A stretch of 23,477 bases of DNA from Octopus sinensis (lineage: Eukaryota): positions 1 through 23,477 of the forward strand of contig NW_021836563.1 of assembly GCF_006345805.1 (NCBI RefSeq), read 5' to 3'. This document shows positions 9,494 through 17,702 of the stretch, piece after piece. The notes beneath the pieces were generated by a model. It ran no database searches. It was not told the origin of the DNA and saw only the letters and a list, made by a program, of their open reading frames with translations. A program made the position numbers and the translations under genes. Numbering within the stretch: position 1 is the stretch's first letter; every line of letters starts with the position of its first letter.

Positions 9494-10029
9494 ACACAAA
9501 TTAGTAAATAAATGGCACAACTAAGTACCGATATTTACTGGAAATAGCGAACGTAAAAATACGACGCTAATGTGTAGCTTCACCGCGTATGTATTAGCAA
9601 AATGCGTGTGTGCAACAAACTAGAGTAAAAAAAACGTCTTACCTCCAGGGAGAACATCTGAAAGATGAAACACCCGGAAAAGGACAATGTGGGACCTGCA
9701 GGTTTCAGTTTTTACAAGATATGTCTCTCACCCATATTTTGTTTTACCTTCATCAGCCAAACATATACCAAGACAAAATCTACGATGTTACCACATTAAT
9801 ACTATCACACTCGACTGAAATGCGGAACGCTAACAGTACGAGAAACGGTGAAGAAGTTTCAAAATATCAGTAATGCAATACAAAGTATCGCCTTCCAGTA
9901 AAAAGTAGCCCGTGAGGGAAAAAATACACAAATTAGTAAATAAATGGCACAACTAAGTACCGATATTTACTAGAAATAGCGAACCTAAAAACACGACGCT
10001 AATGTGTAGCTTCACCGCGTATGTATTAG
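9494..10029 (-). mobile_element. Hammerhead-containing 432-bp unit present as ~1.24 tandem copies (retrozyme-like or Penelope pLTR-like)
   Basis: 104-bp direct repeats at 9494-9597 and 9926-10029 (offset 432, 3 mismatches) with a hammerhead in the intervening part. Truncated on the right by a SINE. Confidence 0.7.
9687..9764 (-). ncRNA. Type I hammerhead ribozyme with intact catalytic core
   Basis: Minus strand: ATGTTTGG-CTGATGA-AGGTAAAACAAAATATG-GGTGAGAGA-CATATCTTGTAAAAACT-GAAA-CCTGCAGG-TC-CCACAT. Stem I ATG(TT)TGG/CCACAT. Stem II GGT/ACT, ACAA/TTGT, ATATG/CATAT. Palindromic stem III ACCTGCAGGT. Predicted GUC cleavage 3' of C9693. Confidence 0.8.
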
Positions 10030-10150
10030 TTCTGGGTTCAGTCCTACTACGTGGCACCTTGGGCAAGTGTCTCCCACTGTAGCCTCGAATCGACCAAGCC
10101 CTGAGAGTGGATTTGGTAGATGGGAACTGAAAGAATCCCCTCGCATATAT

Positions 10151-10202
<52 letters not shown>

Positions 10203-10431
10203 ATATATATGCGTTTGTTGTTTGCGTCAGTGTTTGTCCCCCGTCCCCCTTCGCTTGGCAACCGTTGTTGGTGTATTTATGTCCCCGACACTTAGCAGTT
10301 CGGCAAAAACATTGGGATAGAATAAGTAGCAGGCGTGCAAAGAATAAGTCTTGTATCGATTTATTCGATTAAAGCTGGTGATCCAGCATTGCCGCAATCA
10401 GATCAGTGAAACAAGTAAAAGAGTAAAAGAA
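10030..10431 (+). mobile_element. 5'-truncated tRNA-derived SINE with CORE-like segment, internal (TA)n and LINE-like tail
   Basis: B-box-like GGGTTCAGTCC, then GGCACCTTGGGCAAGTGTC, (TA)n at 10146-10210, and tail ...CCAGCATTGCCGCAATCAGATCAGTGAAACAAGTAAAAGAGTAAAAGA. Homologous to 13470-13872 and 15152-15602. Confidence 0.8.
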
Positions 10432-10573
10432 CATATATATATATATATGTATATATATGCTACACACACACGCGCGTGCACAAAAACACACGGAGACACA
10501 CAAACATATTTTCATAGTTATTAGTTATAATTTGAGTATTGTGTTTATATATCTATATCTATCTATCTATCTA

Positions 10574-10609
<36 letters not shown>

Positions 10610-10612
<3 letters not shown>

Positions 10613-10795
10613 GACCTCGTGAATACCACCGGCGATTTTTTTTCCTCTGTCCTCCCGTCTCGAGATCTTTCCTTCTCCTATGTTTCCGACGAAGAGCTCC
10701 GCACGAAACGTCAAACCCTCCTTCTCCCCTTCTTTCCTGAGCGTCCAATAATACTTGCGTTGTTGTCTTTTTGTTTTCTTGTTTGGATTAACTTT
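10610..10795 (+). mobile_element. Small hammerhead-bearing element embedded in (TA)n (Penelope pLTR-like)
   Basis: Pyrimidine-rich ~185-bp block between TA tracts containing a minimal hammerhead. It shares TTCCTGAGC...TAATAC with the minus-strand element at 14086-14258. Confidence 0.6.
10682..10716 (+). ncRNA. Minimal type I hammerhead, probably inactivated (U4C)
   Basis: GTTT-CCGACGA-A-GAGC-TCC-GCAC-GAAA-CG-TC-AAAC. Stem I GTTT/AAAC, stem II with one mismatch, palindromic stem III ACGT, GUC triplet. Confidence 0.6.
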
Positions 10796-10800
10796 ATATA

Positions 10801-10888
<88 letters not shown>

Positions 10889-10969
10889 TTGATAATAATA
10901 ATATTAGGGAGTAAATCCAAACTACAGGGAAAATTGATTTAGGATTAAATCCAATTTTATAGTATATAG

Positions 10970-11002
<33 letters not shown>

Positions 11003-11098
11003 ATATATGTAGGTATGTATGTATGTATGTATGTATTACGCACACATAGACAGACTGACACACACACACAAACAATCACATATATTATTTTAATATTT

Positions 11099-11138
<40 letters not shown>
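10796..11138. repeat. Compound (TA)n/(TATG)n/(CA)n microsatellites with a short ~80-bp non-simple insert at ~10890-10960
   Basis: Direct reading. Confidence 0.9.
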
Positions 11139-11141
<3 letters not shown>

Positions 11142-11218
11142 CTTATTGCCTACAGGGGCTAAACATAGAGGGGCAAACAAGGACAGACAAGTGGATTAAA
11201 TCGATTACATCGACCCCA
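11139..11218 (-). mobile_element. 3' tail fragment of the SINE family at 15636-15852
   Basis: CTTATTGCCTACAGGGGCTAAACATAGAGGGGCAAACAAGGACAGACAAG...ACATCGAC matches 15640-15715. Confidence 0.75.
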
Positions 11219-11226
11219 TATATATT

Positions 11227-11534
11227 GGAGGCGCAATGGCCTAGTGGTTAGGGCAGCGGACTCGCGGTCGCAGGATCGCGGTTTCGATTCCCAGACCGAG
11301 CGTTGTGTGTGTTTATTGAGCGAAAACACCTAAAAAGCTCCACGAGGCTCCAGCAGGGGGTGGTGATCCCTGCTGTACTCTTTCACCACTCTTTCTTCCA
11401 CTCTTTCTTCTGTTGGCCTGCTCGCTTAGCCAGCGGGGTGGCGTCATTCGAAGGCTAAAAACAATGCGAACGCATTGTGACCAGAGATGTGTAACAACAT
11501 CTGATGGTCTGGTCGGTCACGTGTGATCACGTGA
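11227..11534 (+). mobile_element. Full-length tRNA-derived SINE (distinct family)
   Basis: A box TGGCCTAGTGG at 11237-11247 and B box GGTTTCGATTCC at 11280-11291, followed by ~240 nt of non-tRNA body ending in GGTCACGTG/GATCACGTG repeats. Flanked by TA repeats. Confidence 0.85.
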
Positions 11535-11742
11535 TATATATATTATATTAAATTAGAGATAAAACCACTATTAGGCAAATCATACAGTGAAAATCATAAA
11601 CCAATACATAGAAATAAAATTAATTAATAAAAATTATATTAAATATAAAATTCAAAATTTAAAATATTTAAATTAAAGTTAAAATTTAAAAAAATTTTTA
11701 ATTAATAATTTATACTTATAAATTTTTAAATATATATATATA

Positions 11743-11746
<4 letters not shown>

Positions 11747-11806
<60 letters not shown>
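11747..11806. repeat. (TTA)n microsatellite
   Basis: Direct reading. Confidence 0.97.
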
Positions 11807-11807
<1 letters not shown>

Positions 11808-11882
11808 TATTTATTTTTCAATTTTTTATATTAAATATAACTATCAAAAAGTATTAAAAGTTCAATATAAGATAAAGAGTAA

Positions 11883-11984
11883 AACCACAACGATCGTTTC
11901 ATGCCCATATACCAATTCGAATAACAACAATTTAAATTCAATTAATAATTCGAATTATGGTTATAGTCAATCTTCAGGTTAATT
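11883..11984 (-). ncRNA. Decayed type I hammerhead with long stem II
   Basis: Minus strand: CTGAAGA (11977-11971); ~25-nt arms TTGACTATAACCATAATTCGAAT / ATTCGAATTGGTATATGGGCAT; GAAA (11900-11897); palindromic stem III ACGATCGT; GUU triplet. Stem I is only partly paired. Confidence 0.55.
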
Positions 11985-13412
11985 ATAATATTTAAATAAT
12001 AATCAGAAATATTTAAACAATATTGTTTAAGCAATAAATAAAATAATAATTTTACTTATAAAAAACTCTATTATCAAACTAGAAACTTAACGATTATGAT
12101 TATGTCATACAATCAATTATAATGTTAAATATTAATTTTTAATTTTTAAGTATTAATTTTTAAGGTAAGAAACCCACAAATAATCTAATATCAGTTATAG
12201 TCAATATCTAATTACATAAATATTTACAAAAAAAACTATTCATATTATTAAATATATAATATTTGAATATATAAATTATCAATGAAAATATATAAATGTA
12301 TATAAATATCATAATTAATATCTAAAATTATCTCTATCAATAAATATATATGCACGTATAATAAATACCTAATTATTCATTATTATTAATAAACATATTA
12401 AAAGATTAAAGATGAAATAGCTAATTGTAAAAAACAAACAAACAATCTTAAACGAATGCTATAACAAGTTAACAATCTATATATCACGTTAGCTAACTAA
12501 TAACTTTCAAAAATCGTATAGTTAAAATATAATAATATAAAATACTTAATGAAATAGTCGATCCGTAGTTATATAGTATCAAATAAATACTACAAATATA
12601 TTTATCAATGGGAAGAATATTACTACCATTATCGATTTAAAAAGACAATATATAAGTTAAACCAACAATTATAAGAAATTAAAATAACTATCAGCAAATA
12701 TAGTATTTTAAGACTAAAAATAATGCTATCAATACATGTATATACATGAAACCTAACTTTAAACAACTCGTATAACTGTTATCGAACTATATATCTCTAT
12801 GGCTAAGTAAAGTCTTAATAATAAACGTAAAGTTAATACCTAATAATTATATAGAAAAATTACGATAATTAGATCATTACATAAGCATCAATATTTACAT
12901 AAAAAAACAATATTATACCATAAGACTTATAAAATATTTAAATTTTAAATTTTAAAAATCTTAAATATAAATATATACTTAGCTTAGCGAGGTTTTGTGA
13001 TGAACTAAAATTTTAAATCGGAAAACGTCTTTACAGCGTTTATAAGAAAACTCATGGAATTATGTTATTAGCAAAAAAAGAATTGTTGAAGAATTCATTA
13101 AACGTGATAAACAAATACGCTTTATCAATGAAAATTGTGAATGGGAACAGTTATGGTTTATCAATAAATGTAAATAGAATGAAGTCACAAATAAAGAATA
13201 GAATCACTCTATAATATAAGATTTATTATTAAAATAACTATGATAAATAATACTTAATACTAAATAAATTAAATAATTAAAAACCACTAATTATTATGTA
13301 TACTCTAAAAATTTATTATGATTAATAAATATATCAAAAAATTATAGTAACCCCTCGACGTACTATTAAATTCTTTCCCAAATTACTCTTTAATTATAAG
13401 CTAAGACTCATG

Positions 13413-13452
<40 letters not shown>

Positions 13453-13469
13453 ATATAGATTTACGGAAT

Positions 13470-13872
13470 GTAGTAGCTCAGTAGCTGTAGGTTGTGGTAA
13501 GTAGCTTGCTTCCCAACCACATGTTTCCGAGTTCAGTCCCATATGTTGCACCTTGGGCAAGTGTCTTCCACTATAGCCTCGGGCTGAACAACGCCTTGTG
13601 AGTGGATTTGGTTGAGCGAAACTGTAAGAAGCCTGTCGTTTATGTGTGTGTGTGTTTGCGCGTGGGTGCATGTGTGGGGGGAGTTATAACCCCACCATCC
13701 CTTGACAACCGACGTTGGTGTGCTTATGTCTCCGTGATCTAGCGGTTCTGTAAAAGATATCGAAAGAATAAGTACCAGGCTTACAAAGAATAAGTTTTGG
13801 AGTTTTCGACTAAAGGCCGTGCTGCAGCATGGTCGCAGTCAATTATCTCAAACATATAAAAGAATAAAAGAA
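13470..13872 (+). mobile_element. tRNA-derived SINE (CORE-like centre, LINE-like tail), left-arm copy
   Basis: TGTGGTAAGTAGCTTGCTTCCCAACCAC...GAGTTCAGTCCC...CACCTTGGGCAAGTGTC...GCAGCATGGTCGCAGTC...AAAAGAATAAAAGA. Confidence 0.82.
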
Positions 13873-13938
13873 TATATACATGTATATATATATATATTAT
13901 ATATATATATATATATATATGCATCCATATGTTTGTAT

Positions 13939-13980
<42 letters not shown>

Positions 13981-14085
13981 TGTGAGTTACTGCAATTAAA
14001 ACAATGGCTGGTTTTTTGGTGTGACCTGAAATAAAGATAAGATTGTCTTTGTGCATTGTTTGTTGTTACATATATCTATCTATGT

Positions 14086-14258
14086 CTTTATATAACGGGA
14101 AGCTTTATGAAAATAAACAAAAGACGAAGGCAGGTGGAGTACAAACAAACAATTGTATTAGTATGGTGCTCAGGAATATAAATAAAACAAGTCTTTTACG
14201 TTTCGAGCCTACGCTCTTCAACAGAGAGATACACAGAAAAGAGACACGGAGAGAAACA
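14086..14258 (-). mobile_element. 173-bp hammerhead-bearing element present in only one arm of the palindrome
   Basis: Boundaries are inferred from its absence in the right arm. It contains the hammerhead at 14192-14229 and is related to 10610-10795. Confidence 0.6.
14192..14229 (-). ncRNA. Minimal type I hammerhead variant (A6U core)
   Basis: TCTCT-CTGTTGA-A-GAGC-GTAG-GCTC-GAAA-CG-TA-AAAGA. Perfect 4-bp stem II, palindromic stem III ACGT, GUA triplet, stem I 4/5 paired. Confidence 0.6.
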
Positions 14259-14290
14259 ATATATATACATACACATACATACATATATAG

Positions 14291-14351
<61 letters not shown>

Positions 14352-14431
14352 TATGTATGTATGTGTATGTATATATATACGTACATAGATAGATATATGT
14401 AACAACAAACAATGCACAAAGACAATCTTAT

Positions 14432-14473
<42 letters not shown>

Positions 14474-14481
14474 TGTATATA

Positions 14482-14884
14482 TTCTTTTATTCTTTTATAT
14501 GTCTGAGATAATTGACTGCGGCCATGCTGCGGCACGGCCTTTAGTCGAAAACTCCAAAACTTATTCTTTGTAAGCCTGGTACTTATTCTACCGATATCTT
14601 TTACAGAACCGCTAGATCACGGAGACATAAGCACACCAACGTCGGTTGTCAAGGGATGGTGGGGGTATAACTCCCCCCACACAGGCACACACGCGCAAAC
14701 ACACACACACATAAACGACAGGCTTCTTACAGTTTCGCTCAACCAAATCCACTCACAAGGCGTTGGTCAGCCCGAGGCTATAGTGGAAGACACTTGCCCA
14801 AGGTGCAACATATGGGACTGAACTCGGAAACATGTGGTTGGGAAGCAAGCTACTTACCACAACCTATAGCTACTGAGCTACTAC
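14482..14884 (-). mobile_element. Inverted duplicate of the SINE at 13470-13872 (right-arm copy)
   Basis: Reverse complement is near-identical to 13470-13872. Confidence 0.82.
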
Positions 14885-14901
14885 ATTCCGTAAATCTATA
14901 T

Positions 14902-14944
<43 letters not shown>

Positions 14945-15080
14945 ATCACGAGTTTTAGCCTATAATTAAAGAGTAATTTGGGAAAGAATTTAATAGTACG
15001 TCGAGGGGTTACTATAATTTTTTTATATATATAGAAATATAGAAATATATGCATGTATATATATATATATATATATAACT

Positions 15081-15113
<33 letters not shown>

Positions 15114-15151
15114 AAATATATAAATATATGCATGTATTTACATATATACTC

Positions 15152-15602
15152 TCTTTTACGCTTTTACTTGTTTCAGTCGTCTGACTGCGGCCATGCTGGA
15201 GCACCGCCTTTAATCGAGCAACTCGACCCAGGGACTTATTCTTTTGTAAGCCCAGTACTTTTTCTATCGGTCTCTTTTGCCGAACCGCTAAGTAACGGAG
15301 ACATAAACACACCAGCATAGGTTGTCAAGCAATGCTAGGGGGACAAACACAAACACGCATATATATATATATTATATATATATATATCTATATTTATATA
15401 ATAGATTATATATTATATATATATAATATATATATATACAATATATACGACGGCCTTCTTTCAGTTTCCGTCTACCAAATCCACTCACAAGGCTTTGGTA
15501 GGACGAGGCTATAGTAGAAGATACTTGCCCAAGGTTCCACGCAGTGGAATTGAACCCGGAACCATGTGGTTGGTAAACAAGCTACTTATCACACAGCTAC
15601 AT
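15152..15602 (-). mobile_element. tRNA-derived SINE of the same family, with internal (TA)n
   Basis: Minus strand GTAGCTGTGTGATAAGTAGCTTG...GGGTTCAATTCC...AACCTTGGGCAAGTATC and tail GGCGGTGCTCCAGCATGGCCGCAGTCAGACGACTGAAACAAGTAAAAG. Confidence 0.85.
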
Positions 15603-15635
15603 GCATATATATATACATATATAAATATATATATA

Positions 15636-15852
15636 TTTCTTTATTGCCCACAGGGGGCTATACATAGTGAGGACAAACAAGGAAAGACAAAGGGATTAAG
15701 TTGAATACATCGACACCAGTGCATAACTGGTACCTGAAAGGATGAAAAGCAAAGTCGACCTCGGCGGAATTTGAACTCAGAAAGTAACGGCAGACGAAAT
15801 GTGGCTAAGCATTTCGCCCGGTGTGCTAACGTTTCTGCCAGCTCGACGCCCT
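15636..15852 (-). mobile_element. tRNA-derived SINE with a central domain resembling MetaSINE-type GGTCGACTTTGC-TTTCATCCTTTC (family label from memory)
   Basis: Head GGCGTCGAGCTGGCAGAAACGTTAGCAC, B box GAGTTCAAATTCC, tail ...TGTGGGCAATAAAGAAAT. Confidence 0.78.
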
Positions 15853-16130
15853 AACACACACACACACACACACCACACACACACACACATACACACACAT
15901 ACATACATACATATATGTGTGTGTGTGTGTGTTCGTATATATATGCATTTACATATATTTATATATGTAAATTTATATATATTGACATATGTATATATAT
16001 AAATATAAATAGATATATAAGTAAATATATGGGCGATGCTACTATTAAAATACCATCACTAGTGGCAAGCGAATACCAGCCGTATAGGCAAATTAATAAA
16101 ATACATACATACAGTATAAGATAACGTATA

Positions 16131-16172
<42 letters not shown>

Positions 16173-16511
16173 TATACAATATATATATATATATATATAA
16201 TAACATATATATATATATACACATATGTGTGCCTATACATACCTACCCATACACAATTATACATACAGTACAAACCATTCCCTAATTTTAATTTTATTAT
16301 CTTCATTTATTATTTTGTTATCTTGGCCGCTGGTCACAGCATCTGGCTACGACAGCAAGTCCATTTATCTTTCTACTTGAACACAAGCACTCACTCACGC
16401 ACGCACACTCATAGCACGCAAACTCACTCATTCGTACACCATACACATACGTACGCGTACCTACAGATTCATGTCTACATATACACCAGATAAATATATA
16501 TACACACATAC

Positions 16512-16548
<37 letters not shown>

Positions 16549-17091
16549 CAAATACACGTATAATACATACATACACACCCATACATCATACATATATACA
16601 CATACACACACCCACACGTATACATATACATACATATACGGCGCATACACACACCATACATACACATACCATATAGATAAATTATATTACATATATATAA
16701 TATATATATATATAATACACAATACATATACATACATACATATACATATATACACACACACATACATACACACTATACACATACACACACATACACATAT
16801 ACATGCGTACCCATACACACACACACACGCGCATCCATATATACACATAAGTACACACATGCGTAAAAGTATACATATATCTATACAAGCCTTACACAAT
16901 ACACACACCACACGCGCCCCTTATGTTCATACTTACATGCATACTCAAAAAAAAATAATAAAATATATATACGTGCAGTATTCATATACATACATGCATA
17001 CTCAAAAAATAAATAATAAATATAAGTATATATACGTGCAGTTAACTATTATACAGACGGATACATACATATAAATTACACACACACACAC

Positions 17092-17132
<41 letters not shown>

Positions 17133-17624
17133 CTTTTTTACACATATGTACATTACATACACAATAATAACTCTACGTACCTACATATACATAAACACAC
17201 GAGCGTACACTATATGTACATATACACATACACAAACATATATACTACATACATACATACACACACATATACATATATATATTTATATATATATACATAT
17301 ATATATAATATATATATACACCATACACACACATATATACATACATATGCATACCCACACATACACATCCACACACAATCTATATAATATATATATATAC
17401 ACATATACACATATATATATACATACATATACATACACATACATATACATATGCACACATACACACACACACATACATATATACATACACACATACATAT
17501 ACATACACACATATACATATATATATATATATACATGTGTGCAAACATACATACATACTCATACACACACACACACTTACATATACATATATACACACAC
17601 TTACACACACATATATATATATAT
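15853..17624. repeat. ~1.8-kb compound AC/AT-rich microsatellite field with short unique islands (~16030-16120, ~16270-16390) and a ~50-bp imperfect tandem duplication (16934-16979/16991-17042)
   Basis: Direct reading. All ORFs here are Y/I/H/T/C/V low-complexity. Confidence 0.92.
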
Positions 17625-17702
17625 AAATCCTTAAAAATCCTTAAAAATGTTTTAGCCCGAAGGCCGCGGCCATGCTGGGGCACCACCGCTGAATGAGCTA
17701 CA

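Larger units (their letters stand above)
11545..13415. other. Unexplained ~1.9-kb very AT-rich block (roughly 80-85% AT in lines counted), A-skewed on the plus strand, with an internal (TTA)n and a hammerhead relic
   Basis: Sample lines at 12001 and 12541 have 7/60 and 13/60 G+C. Short stop-interrupted protein-like plus-strand frames occur, with no recognised domain. Confidence 0.6.
13336..15023. repeat. ~1.7-kb fold-back inverted duplication centred on (TA)n at ~14290-14345
   Basis: Arm pairs: 13336-13920/14431-15023 (about 97-98% identical by eye), 14037-14085/14383-14431 (49 bp exact) and 14259-14289/14348-14378 (31 bp exact). Segments 13921-14036 and 14086-14258 have no counterpart in the right arm. 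Confidence 0.92.

Noticed and set aside
9610-9873. 87-aa plus-strand ORF
   Set aside because: GTG start, no recognisable motif, and antisense to the hammerhead. Likely incidental.
9494-10029. Direct repeats as a CRISPR array or LTR pair
   Set aside because: Only two 104-bp copies, no TG...CA ends, PBS or PPT, eukaryotic context and no cas genes. Better explained as a partial tandem of a ribozyme-bearing unit.
11227-11300. tRNA gene
   Set aside because: A and B boxes are present but there is no proper cloverleaf or acceptor stem, and it continues into a SINE body. The same applies to the other SINE heads.
12995-13030. GTGATGA...GGAAAACGTC hammerhead-like words
   Set aside because: C3 is missing, stem III cannot form in register, and there is no stem I.
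11545-13415. Nuclear mitochondrial insertion (NUMT)
   Set aside because: No recognisable mitochondrial gene, rRNA or tRNA sequence by eye. Not formally excluded without BLAST.
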